Source: a virus (Duplodnaviria; Caudoviricetes). From it: DNA of 62,958 bases. Location of the stretch: positions 1 through 62,958 of the IMG/VR virus record IMGVR_UViG_3300044648_000169, one strand, 5' to 3'. Each line of letters starts with the position of its first letter. Position 1 is the first letter of the stretch. Of this stretch, positions 26,192 to 36,512 are shown piece by piece. The notes below the pieces were generated by a model that did no database searches, was not told the origin of the DNA, and worked only from the letters and a program-made list of their open reading frames with translations. The translations under genes and the position numbers were made by a program.

Positions 26192-27363
26192 CCCCCGACG
26201 AGATTCGGGAGCTTCGCACCTGGGCCACGGTGCGGCAACTGGAGTACCTGGAGGCGATCGAGAAGCACGGCAGCGCCCGCAAGGCGGCCAAGGCCCTGGG
26301 GGTGGCGCGCAACGCGGTGGACGGCTCAATGGCACTGCTGCGCACGAAGGCCGCGCGCCAGGGCTACAGCCCCCAGCACATGATGACCAAGACGGTCCCC
26401 GAGGGCTTCCACCTCAAGGGCACGTCAACCCTGGTCAACAGCGAGGGCAAGCTGGTCCAGCAGTGGGTCAAAACCAGCATCGACCACGAGCGCCAGGCCG
26501 AGATGCTGCGCGAGGCGGTGAAGGCGCTGGCCGAGGACGTGCGGGGAATGGCCCCGATCACCCCCGCGCCGGCGCAGAACCTGCCCGACCTGCTGGCCGT
26601 CTACCCGTTCGGCGATCCGCACTTCGGCATGTACGCCTGGGCGGCCGAGACCGGCGAGGACTTCGACTTGGCCATCGCCCGCCGGCTGACCATGGGTGCC
26701 GTGGACCGCCTGGTGGGATCGGCGCCGCCTGCAGAGACCGCCATCGTGCTGCCGCTGGGCGACGTGCTGCACATGGACGACCAGACCAACCAGACCCCGG
26801 CCCACAGGCACCAGCTCGACGCCGATGGCCGCTTTGTCAAGGTGCTGCAGGTGTGCATCCACACCTACCGCCACGTCGTCCTGCGCTGCCTGGAGAAGCA
26901 CAAGAAGGTGGTGGTCCGCTTCGTGTCGGGTAACCACGACCCGCACGCGGTGTGGTCCCTGGCCTTCACGATCGCGGCCTATTTCGAGAACGACCCCCGG
27001 GTGGAGGTGGACCTGAGCCCGTCCAAGCACTGGTTCTACCGCTTCGGCAAGGTGCTGATCGGCGCCACGCACGGCGACACCGCGAAGGTGGACAAGCTGC
27101 TGGGCGTGATGGCCGCCGACCGGGCCGAAGACTGGGGCCTGACCCGCCACCGCTACTGGTACCTCGGCCACGTGCACCACCAGTCGGTGCATGAGCTGGC
27201 AGGAGTGACCTGCGAATCCTTCCGCACCCTGGCCGCCAAGGACGCCTACGCCCACTCCTACGGGTACCGCGCCGGCCGGGACATGCGGTTGATCGTCCAC
27301 CACTCGGAGCACGGCGAGATCGAGCGCCATCGCTGTGACGTGGGCATGTTGGAGACCACATGA
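26188..27363 (+). CDS. HTH plus calcineurin-like metallophosphoesterase
   Basis: GDPHFG, LGDVLH, GNHD, HGD, GHVHH motifs. Confidence 0.85.
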   Translation: MTPDEIRELRTWATVRQLEYLEAIEKHGSARKAAKALGVARNAVDGSMALLRTKAARQGYSPQHMMTKTVPEGFHLKGTSTLVNSEGKLVQQWVKTSIDHERQAEMLREAVKALAEDVRGMAPITPAPAQNLPDLLAVYPFGDPHFGMYAWAAETGEDFDLAIARRLTMGAVDRLVGSAPPAETAIVLPLGDVLHMDDQTNQTPAHRHQLDADGRFVKVLQVCIHTYRHVVLRCLEKHKKVVVRFVSGNHDPHAVWSLAFTIAAYFENDPRVEVDLSPSKHWFYRFGKVLIGATHGDTAKVDKLLGVMAADRAEDWGLTRHRYWYLGHVHHQSVHELAGVTCESFRTLAAKDAYAHSYGYRAGRDMRLIVHHSEHGEIERHRCDVGMLETT

Positions 27364-27707
27364 CCGAATCTGACCCTCACGGGCTCGACGCCCACGCGCC
27401 CGGCGCCAAGCTGGACGCGGGCAAGCCCATGCCCTGGCTGTGCATCGCGGGCTTCTCCCGCGCGCTGCAGGCCGTCACCGACGTGACCACGAAGGGCGCG
27501 CGCAAGTACACCCCCAACGGCTGGGCCAGCGTCGCAGAGGGCGAGGCCCGCTACATGGAAGCCTTCGGCCGCCACATGCTGGCCTTCGGCCGCGGTGAGC
27601 AGATCGACACCGACACCGGCTGCCTGCACAAGGCCCAGATGATCTGGAACCTGATGGCCAGCCTTGAACTGGAATTGCGCACCGCCGAAGGCTGGAGCCC
27701 CAAGTGA
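27360..27707 (+). CDS. dATP/dGTP diphosphohydrolase-domain protein (DUF5664-like)
   Basis: GAKLDAGK...GARKYTPNGW...RH...DTDTGCLHKAQ. Confidence 0.8.
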   Translation: MTESDPHGLDAHAPGAKLDAGKPMPWLCIAGFSRALQAVTDVTTKGARKYTPNGWASVAEGEARYMEAFGRHMLAFGRGEQIDTDTGCLHKAQMIWNLMASLELELRTAEGWSPK

Positions 27708-27928
27708 ACCAAGACCACGACCACATCCAGCACCCCCGCCTCGGCCAGGTGCCCACCAACGGCAACCGCTTCACCGCGATCATGGAGGCCGCCGCCAAGC
27801 TGCACACCCAGCAGCTCACCACCCGCATCGGCCAGGCCCTGGAATCCCGTCTGAACACCCGCATGGCACTTCGCTCGGTGCCCAGCAACCAGTGGCTGCT
27901 TGTGGGTGAGGAAGTGCAGGAGGCTTGA
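27704..27928 (+). CDS. hypothetical protein
   Basis: Coupled ORF. Confidence 0.45.
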   Translation: MNQDHDHIQHPRLGQVPTNGNRFTAIMEAAAKLHTQQLTTRIGQALESRLNTRMALRSVPSNQWLLVGEEVQEA

Positions 27929-28443
27929 CGGTGGGCGCAAAGCTGACGGCGAAGCAGGATGCCTTCGTCCGCGAGTACCTGATTGACCTGAACGCAACGC
28001 AGGCCGCAGTCCGGGCCGGCTACAGCGCGAAGACCGCCTTGCAGCAGGGCCCGCGGCTGTTGGGAAATGTTGGGGTGGCTGCCGCGATTGCTGCGGCGCA
28101 GCAGGTGCGCTCGGCGCGAACCGAAATCACCCAGGACCGGGTGCTGAAGGAAATCGCCCGCGTGGCCTTTGGTGACCCGCGCGACGTGATGACGTGGGGC
28201 CCCGGCGGCGTGACGCTGAAGGACTCGGCCACGCTGACCGACGACCAGGCGATGCAGGTGTCCGAGGTGAGCGAGACGATCGGCGCCACTGGCGGCGGCT
28301 CGCTGAAGCTCAAGAAGCACGACAAGGTGAAGGCGCTCGAACTGCTTGGCCGCCACCTTGGGATGTTCACGGACAAGACCGAGTTGAGCGGCGCCGAGGG
28401 TGGCCCGCTGACCGTCGTTGTCCGCAAGTTTGGCGAGACCTGA
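27925..28443 (+). CDS. terS: terminase small subunit
   Basis: LTAKQDAFVREYLIDLNATQAAVRAGYS...KALELLGRHLGMF. Confidence 0.92.
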   Translation: MTVGAKLTAKQDAFVREYLIDLNATQAAVRAGYSAKTALQQGPRLLGNVGVAAAIAAAQQVRSARTEITQDRVLKEIARVAFGDPRDVMTWGPGGVTLKDSATLTDDQAMQVSEVSETIGATGGGSLKLKKHDKVKALELLGRHLGMFTDKTELSGAEGGPLTVVVRKFGET

Positions 28444-28514
28444 ATTCAGATTGGCTGAACGGACGGCTCGCAAAACGCGGGCTCAGACCGGCCGGCCTTC
28501 AAGCGGATTGAACG

Positions 28515-29852
28515 ATGACTGAACTGGTGCTGCCGAACAACTGGGTTCCGCGGCAGTACCAGCTACCGGCGTGGAAGAAGCTCGAAAGCGGGGTGAAGCG
28601 CGCCCTGCTGCTGTGGCACAGGCGGGCCGGAAAGGACGACGTTTGCTTGCACTGGGCCGCCACGCAGGCCATGCAGCGGGTGGGCAACTACTGGCACATG
28701 CTGCCCGAGTACGCCCAGGCCCGCAAAAGCGTGTGGGAGGCGGTGAACCCGCGCACAGGCATCCGGCGGATCGATGAAGCGTTCCCCGACGCCATCTGCG
28801 AGACCAAGCGCTCGCAGGACATGTTCATCCGCTTCCGCAACGGCTCCACCTGGCAGCTCGTGGGGTCCGACCGCTACAACAGCCTGGTGGGCTCGCCTCC
28901 CATCGGGGTGACGGCTTCCGAGTGGGCGCTGGCCGACCCGAGCGCGTGGGCCTACCTGCGGCCCATCCTGCTGGACAACGGCGGGTGGGCGGTGTTCATC
29001 ACGACGGTGCGCGGCAAGAACCACGTGCACCGCATGTACGAGGCGCACAAGAACGACCCGGACTGGTTCGTGGAGCGGCTGCCGGCGACGCTGACGGGCG
29101 CGATGACGCCCGAGGCGCTGGACAAGGAGCGCTTGGAGTACCAGGCGGAATACGGCCCCGAGGACGGGGATGCGCTGTTTGCGCAGGAGTACCTGTGCGA
29201 CTGGGACGCGGCGATCGTCGGCAGCTACTACGGCCGGCTGATGCGCGATGCCGAGGGCGGTGGGCGGATTCGCTCGGTGCCCTACGACCCCATGGCGCTG
29301 GTGCACACGTCCTGGGACCTGGGCCTGACCGACATGACGGCCATCTGGTTCTTCCAGATCGTCGGGCAAGAGATCCACATCATCGACTACCTGGAGAACA
29401 GCGGTCAGCCGCTGGCCTGGTACGCCGGTGAGTTGCACAAGAAGCCCTACGCCTATGGCGAGCACATCCTGCCGCACGACGCCGAGGCCAAGGAACTGCA
29501 GACCAACCGCAGCCGCACCGAGACCCTGCGCGGCTTGAACCTGAACGTGCGGGTGCTGAAAGCCCAAGGCGCCGAGCGCGTGCTGGTGGCCGATGGCATT
29601 AACGCGGTGCGGACGATCCTGCCGCGCTGCTACTTCGACGCGCAGAAGTGCGCCAAGGGCATCGACGCCCTCAAGGCCTACCGGCGCGAGTGGGACGAGA
29701 AGCTGAAGACCTTTCACGACCGGCCCGTGCACGACTGGGCCAGCCACCCGGCGGACTCGTTCCGCTATCTCGCGCTCGGACTCGACGCGGTGCCTGGCGC
29801 CCACGTGGTGGCCGACGCCGGCGCCTTCCGGCACCGCAAACGCTACTCCTGA
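28515..29852 (+). CDS. terL: terminase large subunit
   Basis: WHRRAGKD ATPase motif; SWDLG and HPADSFRY nuclease motifs. Confidence 0.92.
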   Translation: MTELVLPNNWVPRQYQLPAWKKLESGVKRALLLWHRRAGKDDVCLHWAATQAMQRVGNYWHMLPEYAQARKSVWEAVNPRTGIRRIDEAFPDAICETKRSQDMFIRFRNGSTWQLVGSDRYNSLVGSPPIGVTASEWALADPSAWAYLRPILLDNGGWAVFITTVRGKNHVHRMYEAHKNDPDWFVERLPATLTGAMTPEALDKERLEYQAEYGPEDGDALFAQEYLCDWDAAIVGSYYGRLMRDAEGGGRIRSVPYDPMALVHTSWDLGLTDMTAIWFFQIVGQEIHIIDYLENSGQPLAWYAGELHKKPYAYGEHILPHDAEAKELQTNRSRTETLRGLNLNVRVLKAQGAERVLVADGINAVRTILPRCYFDAQKCAKGIDALKAYRREWDEKLKTFHDRPVHDWASHPADSFRYLALGLDAVPGAHVVADAGAFRHRKRYS

Positions 29853-29863
29853 AGGGGTTGACC

Positions 29864-30151
29864 ATGAAACACATCACCGGCCTGGCGCTGGCGGCTCTGC
29901 TCTGCGCGCCCGCCCAGGCAGCACTCGTGGGGGTAGTTCAAGGCGAGGGTGGCCAGTTCATCGAGCTGACCAACGACAAGGGGCTGTGCCTCGGCCCTGC
30001 CCAGCAGGCCACGCACCACGACCCCATCAAGAAGCTGTCGGTGATCGGCTGCTGGACGGTCCAGGCCGGCGGGGTGTTCTCCATCGCCTTCCTGGACGGC
30101 GACGTGGTGGTGCTGCCCATCAACTCCATCCAACTGCCCAAGAGCATCTGA
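29864..30151 (+). CDS. secreted hypothetical protein
   Basis: Signal peptide MKHITGLALAALLCAPAQA. Confidence 0.6.
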   Translation: MKHITGLALAALLCAPAQAALVGVVQGEGGQFIELTNDKGLCLGPAQQATHHDPIKKLSVIGCWTVQAGGVFSIAFLDGDVVVLPINSIQLPKSI

Positions 30152-30170
30152 GCCTCGGAAACCACAGCCC

Positions 30171-32246
30171 ATGACCAATCCCGACAGCCGCGACCAGGCC
30201 GCCCGAGCCGGCGGCATGCCATTGGTCGAGCTTGAGCGCCTGCTGGGCGACATGGAAAACGAGCCCACGTGGCGCCCGCAGTCGGACAAGTGCGCCGACT
30301 ACTACGACCACAAGCAGAGCAGCGCCGCGCGCCTGCAGCAGGCGATCGAGACCGGTGAGCCCATGGTGACGGTCAACCTGATCCAGCGGACCATCAACGG
30401 CGCCCTGGGCCAGGAGGCCAAGAGCCGCCTGAACTGGAAGGTGAGCCCGGACAGCGACGCCTTCAGCGACGTCGCCTCGGTGCTCAACGAGAAGCTGCAC
30501 GAGGCGCAGCGCGAGGCCCGCATAGACATGGCCATCAGCGAGGCCTACAGCTCCATGCTGCGCACGGGCATCGGCTGGGTGGAGGTGATGCGGTCGTCCG
30601 ACCCCCTGTCCTACCCCTACCGGGTGCAGGCCGTGCACCGCAACGAGGTGTGGTGGGACTGGCGCGCGAAGAACGCTGACCTGTCGGACGCCGAATGGAT
30701 GGTGCGCCAGCGTTGGGCTGACCTGGCCGAGGTGCAGGTGCGCCTCCCCAAGTTCCGGGAACTGCTGGAGATAGGCTGCCACTCGGGCCCGATCGCCGAC
30801 GCCATGGCGCGGACCATCCTGACCAGTTCGGGGCAATTCGAGGACATCCATTCGACCCGACGCAGTTTCAGCCGGGCGCAGGAGGAATGGCTCGACAACA
30901 GCCTGCGCAAGCGGGTGCGGCTGTACTCCGTCTACTACAAGCAGCACCGCGAGGTGATCGCGATGGTGTCTGGCACCAAGCGCATCCACTTCAACCCGAA
31001 GAACCCCTTCCACGTCGCCCTGGTGATGAAGGGCGGCGCCAAGCTCATGAAGGGCCCGAGCTACGTGATGCGCCGGGCGATGTTCGCCGGCCCGTTCCGC
31101 CTGTACGACGACGCCCTGCCCGGCCGGCACTTCCCGCTGATCCCGTTCATCTGCTACCGCGCAGACGACGACAACAGCCCCTACGGCCTGGTGCACGGGA
31201 TGATCGAGCCGCAGGACGAATACAACCAGCGCCGCTCGCGCCTGCTGTGGCTGCTGAAGGCCAAGCAAATCTTCGTCGACAACGACGCGCTGGACACGAA
31301 CTACAACAACCTGGCCGATCTGGCGCGCGAGGCGATGCGCCCGGATGCCATGTTCGTGCTGAACAAGACGCGCCAGGGCGGCGCCAACGCCCTGCGCATC
31401 GAGATGAACCCCCAACTCGGCGCCGAGCAGGCGACCGTGATGGAGGACGCCAAGGTGCTGATCCAGGACGTGCCGGGCCTCTACAGCCCGCAGTTCGGCA
31501 GCAGCCGGGTGGGCGCGGAGTCGGGCATCGCCCTGGCCAACCTCACCGAGATGTCGACCGCCAGCCTGGGCGAGACCAGCGACAACTACCGCACCAGCCG
31601 CCAACTGGTGGGCGACGCGGTGGTGTGCGAGATCACCCAGGACCACATGCAGCCGGACATGCCGGTGAAGGTCGGCAGCGGGCGCAAGCAGCGCACCGTG
31701 GTGCTGAACACCCACGACCAGACGGGCCTGCCGATCAACACGGTCGAGGACGCGCAGGTCAAGACGGCGCTGGGCGACGTGCCGAGCACGCCGGCCTACA
31801 AGCAGCAGCAGCAGGTGCTGCTGGGCCAGACGCTGCAATCGTCGGCTGGCGATCCCCATGCGCTGGCGGTCCTGCTGCCCGCGCTGCTGGAGTCCAGCGA
31901 CCTGGAGCACCGCCACGAGTACGCCAAGTGGATCCGCCAGCAGAAGGGCGTGCCCGAGCCTGGCGACATGGCCGACGAGAAGCAGGAAGCGGCGATCGAG
32001 GAACAGCGCATGCAGCAGCAGGCCAAGGTCGCCGCCATGCAAGAGCGTGACGCGAACGCCGAGATCACCAAGAAGGAAGCCGACGCCGCCCTGGCCGCTG
32101 CCAAGCAGGCCCTGACGCAGATGCAGACCCTGTTGGCCCAGGCCCAGGCGATGAAGACCGCGGCCGAAGCCGAGGCGATCGCCACCCAACCCAGCGAGGA
32201 CGAGCTGATCTCGGCCGCGCTCACCAAGGCAGCGCAGGCCGCCTGA
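30171..32246 (+). CDS. portal protein (P22-like)
   Basis: 691 aa after terL; PYGLVHGMIEPQDEYN; C-terminal coiled-coil barrel. Confidence 0.88.
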   Translation: MTNPDSRDQAARAGGMPLVELERLLGDMENEPTWRPQSDKCADYYDHKQSSAARLQQAIETGEPMVTVNLIQRTINGALGQEAKSRLNWKVSPDSDAFSDVASVLNEKLHEAQREARIDMAISEAYSSMLRTGIGWVEVMRSSDPLSYPYRVQAVHRNEVWWDWRAKNADLSDAEWMVRQRWADLAEVQVRLPKFRELLEIGCHSGPIADAMARTILTSSGQFEDIHSTRRSFSRAQEEWLDNSLRKRVRLYSVYYKQHREVIAMVSGTKRIHFNPKNPFHVALVMKGGAKLMKGPSYVMRRAMFAGPFRLYDDALPGRHFPLIPFICYRADDDNSPYGLVHGMIEPQDEYNQRRSRLLWLLKAKQIFVDNDALDTNYNNLADLAREAMRPDAMFVLNKTRQGGANALRIEMNPQLGAEQATVMEDAKVLIQDVPGLYSPQFGSSRVGAESGIALANLTEMSTASLGETSDNYRTSRQLVGDAVVCEITQDHMQPDMPVKVGSGRKQRTVVLNTHDQTGLPINTVEDAQVKTALGDVPSTPAYKQQQQVLLGQTLQSSAGDPHALAVLLPALLESSDLEHRHEYAKWIRQQKGVPEPGDMADEKQEAAIEEQRMQQQAKVAAMQERDANAEITKKEADAALAAAKQALTQMQTLLAQAQAMKTAAEAEAIATQPSEDELISAALTKAAQAA

Positions 32247-32312
32247 TTCGATTCTCGCCACCGGGCGCCGGCCCTGGTGGATGAGTAGATGCCGGCACCA
32301 CCCCCAAGAGAG

Positions 32313-32342
32313 GCCCGTTCGGAGCGATCCGCGCGGGCTTTT
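32313..32342 (+). terminator. intrinsic terminator
   Basis: gcccg/cgggc stem with T-tract. Confidence 0.55.
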
Positions 32343-32377
32343 CGCATTTCGCACCTCAGCGACACAGAGGAAGGCAG

Positions 32378-33412
32378 ATGACCGACAAGACGATCGAACG
32401 ACTCGCATCGCTCGAAGGCAACCAGGACTACACGGACCCCGAAGTTTGGCGCGCGATCCTCGCGGAGCCGGCCCCGGAGCCAGCAGCCCCCCAGCCCCAA
32501 GCGACCCAGGGCGAAACCGCCACCCCGGCCACCGAAGCACCTGCTGCACCCGCAGCGGAGCCGGCAGCCGCAACCCCGGCCCCGCCGGCGGCGGACAGCA
32601 GCGCGGCGCCCGCCGCTGCCGAGACGAAGACCGACGAAGCGGTGGATGGCGTGCTGACGCGCGACGGCAAACGGGTCATCCCGTATGACGTGCTCGCCGA
32701 GGCCCGCAAGACGTCGCAGGCCCACGCCGAGCGCGCGAAGCAGCTGGAAGAGACCCAGCGCGTGCTGCAGGACCGCATCGCGGCCATGGAGGCAGGCAAG
32801 AAGGACGAGCAACCGGCTCCCGAGGTGTTCTCAAAGGACCGCATCGACGCGGTTCGAGACGACATGCCCGAGATGGCCGAGTTGATGGAGAGCCAGAACC
32901 GCCTCGCGCGGGAACTGGCCGAGGCCAAGAGCGCAGCAGCCGCTGCTGTGCCGGCGCCTCAACCAGACCCGGACCTGAAGGCCAACATCCAGGCCGCGAT
33001 CGACGACCGCCCGCTGCTGGCCAAGTGGCAAGCCAAGGGCGGCATTGCGTGGCAACGCGCCGTCGAACTCGACAAGGGCCTGCGCAGCGATCCGGCCTGG
33101 GCTTCCAAGTCCATCGCCGAGCAGTTTGCGCACGTGGAGCGCCTGGTCGCCGACGAACTCGGCGTTGACGTGCCCACGCAAGCCGCGGCCCCTGCGCCCG
33201 CACCCATCCCGGCGCCCGCTGCCGCGCCGAAACCGAACGCCCCCACCGTCCCGGTGGCCGAGGCCCCTCACCCCACCGTGTCCGACTTCAACGGATCTGC
33301 GCCCGTCACTGGCGCCGACCCGCTGGCAGGGCTCGCGGTGGGCGCGCAGGTGGACAAGGCCATGTCGATGTCCGTCGAGGACATCTACCGGATGGCGGGG
33401 ATTCAGCACTGA
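32378..33412 (+). CDS. scaffolding protein
   Basis: Ala/Pro-rich, VIPYDVL motif; between portal and capsid. Confidence 0.75.
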   Translation: MTDKTIERLASLEGNQDYTDPEVWRAILAEPAPEPAAPQPQATQGETATPATEAPAAPAAEPAAATPAPPAADSSAAPAAAETKTDEAVDGVLTRDGKRVIPYDVLAEARKTSQAHAERAKQLEETQRVLQDRIAAMEAGKKDEQPAPEVFSKDRIDAVRDDMPEMAELMESQNRLARELAEAKSAAAAAVPAPQPDPDLKANIQAAIDDRPLLAKWQAKGGIAWQRAVELDKGLRSDPAWASKSIAEQFAHVERLVADELGVDVPTQAAAPAPAPIPAPAAAPKPNAPTVPVAEAPHPTVSDFNGSAPVTGADPLAGLAVGAQVDKAMSMSVEDIYRMAGIQH

Positions 33413-33434
33413 TCCCTGATCCAAGAGGTTTGAA

Positions 33435-34751
33435 ATGACCACCGTTGTTCAAGACACCAGCAACTACGCACTGGTGAAGGAGAGCGTCGCTCTCACCGCC
33501 GTTGCCATCAAGGCGCCCACCGACCTGACGCCGCTGATCGGCAAGGCCCCGACACAATCGGGCGCCGAGTCCATCGTCAAGCAGCAGTCCAGCCCGGGCC
33601 TGCCCGGCGTGCTGGTCACCGACCTGTCGGCCAAGAAGGCCGGCACGCAAGTGACCATCGAGGCCTACGACACCCTGGGTGGCGACCCCATCATGGGCGA
33701 CCAGATGCGCGAGGGCCGCGGCGAGAACGTCGACATCAGCTCGATGGACGCCAAGATCGACCTGGCCTCGAAGGTCATCAACGCCGTCCCCGGCACGATG
33801 ATCGACCAGCGCACGAAGATCAACCTGCGCTCGATGGCCATGGCCCAGCTCATGGGCTACTTCCCGCGCCTGCTGTGGAACCGCACCCTGGTTCACCTGG
33901 CCGGCGCCCGCGGCGAGCAGACCGGCAAGTCCTGGCACATCAAGACCGTGGCGCAGTCGGATGCGTCCTCGTTCGCATCGAAGATGGTCAACCCGGTTCT
34001 GGCTCCGACCTACAACCGGCACTACGTCATCAACGGCACGGACCTGGTGCAAGGCGGCGCGCAACTGGCCTCGATCGACTCCACCGACGTGTGGAGCCTG
34101 TCGGTGATCGATGCGCTGGTCGAGCTGATCGACTCGCTGGAGTTCAAGCTGCAGCCCGTGCGCCTGCCCGGCGACCCGGCGGCGAACTTCTCGCCGATCA
34201 AGGGCGTGCTGTACCTGGACCCGATCGCGTACTCGATGCTCAAGCGCGACACCACGAGCGGCCACAACATCCGCGCGTGGCAGGCCGCCGCGATGGAGCG
34301 GGCCAACCTCATGGGCGGCGCTGCGAAGCACCCGCTGTTCATGGGTGAGGTGCTGATGTGGAACGGCATCGTGATCCGCCCGATGGAGCACTCGATCTAC
34401 TTCAGCGCCGGCTCCACCACGAAGCACATCACCTCGGCCAACCGCTACACGGCCACCGAGACCGACGTGACCGTGAACGGCTCGCTGACGGCCGGCTACC
34501 GCGTGTCGCGCGGCATCCTGATGGGCGCCCAGGCGTTCGCCGTGATGCAGGGCAACAACACGTCCAGCGGCACCACCGCATCGTTCAAGGAGCGTACCTA
34601 CGACTACGACTCCAAGCACGAGGCGATGGGCGAGTGGATGGGCGGCGAGTGCAAGTTGCGCTTCAGCTTCCGCGACGCCAACGGCAACCTGGAGCCCACC
34701 GACCACGGCGTCATGGTCATCGACGCGGCTGTCCGCGCTGTCGGCCAGTAA
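33435..34751 (+). CDS. major capsid protein (N4 gp56-like)
   Basis: LVHLAGARG, NPVLAPT..RH, HPLFMGE...WNGIVIR, DHGVMVID. Confidence 0.88.
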   Translation: MTTVVQDTSNYALVKESVALTAVAIKAPTDLTPLIGKAPTQSGAESIVKQQSSPGLPGVLVTDLSAKKAGTQVTIEAYDTLGGDPIMGDQMREGRGENVDISSMDAKIDLASKVINAVPGTMIDQRTKINLRSMAMAQLMGYFPRLLWNRTLVHLAGARGEQTGKSWHIKTVAQSDASSFASKMVNPVLAPTYNRHYVINGTDLVQGGAQLASIDSTDVWSLSVIDALVELIDSLEFKLQPVRLPGDPAANFSPIKGVLYLDPIAYSMLKRDTTSGHNIRAWQAAAMERANLMGGAAKHPLFMGEVLMWNGIVIRPMEHSIYFSAGSTTKHITSANRYTATETDVTVNGSLTAGYRVSRGILMGAQAFAVMQGNNTSSGTTASFKERTYDYDSKHEAMGEWMGGECKLRFSFRDANGNLEPTDHGVMVIDAAVRAVGQ

Positions 34752-34812
34752 GCCTTTGCCCGAGGGGTTCTCCCTCGGGTGATCCCACGATTCATTTCAA
34801 GAGGTATTCACC

Positions 34813-35259
34813 ATGGCCACCTACAAGGGCGTGCAAGATTCGCGCGCCAAGCATTCCACCGCAGCCTGGGGCAATCGCTGGGGCGACAGCAACAAGGTCA
34901 CCCCGACCGCCACCCTGGTCTCGGGCGACGTCGTTGTGCTGATGGAAGTCCCGGCGGGCACCCGCCTGGAAACCCTGCGCTACTACAGCGGCGACTTCGA
35001 TTCGGCGACCGCGCTGGTGTACGACCTGGGCTACCGCACCAAGCTGCCCGGCGGCACCCAAACGTCGGCGGCGTACTTCGCTGATGACGCCACGGGCCTG
35101 CGCGCCGCGACGACCACCTGGCAGGAGTTGGTGTTCGAGCCCGTGCAGTTCAACGAGCCGGTGGAGATCATCCTGACCTGCGTGACCGCTCCGACCAGCA
35201 CCTCTGGCTCGCCGAGCATCAGCGTTCAGGCCAGCGGCGCCGTCGTCGGCATCTCCTAA
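34813..35259 (+). CDS. capsid decoration/cement protein
   Basis: Beta-rich 148-aa ORF directly after the capsid gene. Confidence 0.6.
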   Translation: MATYKGVQDSRAKHSTAAWGNRWGDSNKVTPTATLVSGDVVVLMEVPAGTRLETLRYYSGDFDSATALVYDLGYRTKLPGGTQTSAAYFADDATGLRAATTTWQELVFEPVQFNEPVEIILTCVTAPTSTSGSPSISVQASGAVVGIS

Positions 35260-35280
35260 CCCCTCTTCGCAGAGGCATTG

Positions 35281-35312
35281 CCCCCGGCGCTTCACGGCCC
35301 GGGGGCTTTTTC
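35281..35312 (+). terminator. intrinsic terminator
   Basis: cccccgg/ccggggg stem with T-tract. Confidence 0.7.
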
Positions 35313-35325
35313 TTGGAGGGCACCC

Positions 35326-35811
35326 ATGCCTGACATCAAGTACGTCGGCCACAAGGACCGCAAGGTCGACAACGTGGCCTGGACTGGGCTGACGTGGACG
35401 CCCGGCCAAGTTCACACGGTTGCGAACGTCGAGACCTGCCAGAAGCTGCTCAAGCACAGCGACTGCTGGGCGCTGGATGACACGGCGGAGCGCGAGGCCG
35501 AGGCCCGCCTGCTCGCCGAACAGGCCGCCGCTGCCGCCGCAGCGCAGGCCGAGGCCGAGCGCGTCGAAGCCGGGCGCATGGCGGCCGAAGCTGCGGAAGC
35601 CGCAAAGCAGGAAGAGGCCCGGCGCGCTGAACAAGAGGCGGCCGAGCGCGCCGCAGCGAAGGTGTCCGACGTGGTGGACGAGCCCAGGGCTGTCGACCCC
35701 GAGGACATGACACGCGAGCAACTGATGGACGCGCTCACCGCGCGAGGCATCGAGTTCCACCCCAACACCGGCGACAAGAAGTTGCGCGCCAAGTTGATCG
35801 AAGGGGCCTGA
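35326..35811 (+). CDS. hypothetical virion-associated protein with C-terminal HeH-like motif
   Basis: MTREQLMDALTARGIEF...KKLRAKL. Confidence 0.6.
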   Translation: MPDIKYVGHKDRKVDNVAWTGLTWTPGQVHTVANVETCQKLLKHSDCWALDDTAEREAEARLLAEQAAAAAAAQAEAERVEAGRMAAEAAEAAKQEEARRAEQEAAERAAAKVSDVVDEPRAVDPEDMTREQLMDALTARGIEFHPNTGDKKLRAKLIEGA

Positions 35812-35812
35812 C

Positions 35813-36070
35813 ATGGCCAAGGACCGCTTCCCCAATGAACTCGCCCGCAAGCCCTACTGGCCCTCGCACGAGTTCTACGAAGTCACCCCGCACGACACCA
35901 ATGCACTGGACCCGCGCCCGTGCTACCTGCGGGCCAACACCGCCGGGGTGCTGCGCATGAAGACCGCGACCAGCGACATCACCATCGACGTGGTGGCTGG
36001 CGAACTCATCGATGCGCGGCCAACGATCGTGCACACCGACACGACGGCCGAGATTCACGCCTTCTGGTGA
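35813..36070 (+). CDS. head-spike base protein (RcGTA Rcc01079-like)
   Basis: VTPHDTNAL...L....AG.L.....AG..I....V..T pattern; 85 aa. Confidence 0.6.
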   Translation: MAKDRFPNELARKPYWPSHEFYEVTPHDTNALDPRPCYLRANTAGVLRMKTATSDITIDVVAGELIDARPTIVHTDTTAEIHAFW

Positions 36071-36074
36071 GCCG

Positions 36075-36512
36075 ATGAAACTCATCTTCACCCGCTCGCC
36101 AAGCTTCGCTGGCCACCTGATCCGCGCCTTTGAGGGCGGCGACTGGGACCACGTGGGCATCGTGGACGATGAACACGTCATTGAAGCCACCGTTTGGCAC
36201 GGCGTGCGCCGCCGCACCTTGGCTTCCATGCGCGCTGGCACCCGGCACGAGCTGGTGGAGGTGGCCTGTGATCCTCGCCTGGAGTCCGCGGCCCTGGCCT
36301 GGGCGCGTGGCCAGGTCGGCAAGCCCTACGACTTCGGCGCTGTGGTCGGTTTCCTGTTCTGGCGCAGCACCTGGGCCCGGCAAGGCGCCTGGTACTGCAG
36401 CGAGGCCGCCGCCTACTTCGCGGTGCTGTGCGGGCTGACGCTCGCCGGCAACCACCGGCGCATCGGCGTTCGCCTGATGCACGCCCTTTCCCATGCGTGG
36501 GGCCCCAAATGA
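36075..36512 (+). CDS. permuted papain-like amidase (YaeF/YiiX, NlpC/P60)
   Basis: WDHVGI, VIEA, QVGKPYD, WYCSE. Confidence 0.85.
   Translation: MKLIFTRSPSFAGHLIRAFEGGDWDHVGIVDDEHVIEATVWHGVRRRTLASMRAGTRHELVEVACDPRLESAALAWARGQVGKPYDFGAVVGFLFWRSTWARQGAWYCSEAAAYFAVLCGLTLAGNHRRIGVRLMHALSHAWGPK

Noticed and set aside
27360-27707. Z-base (2-aminoadenine) genome system
   Set aside because: No PurZ, DatZ or phage DNA polymerase recognised
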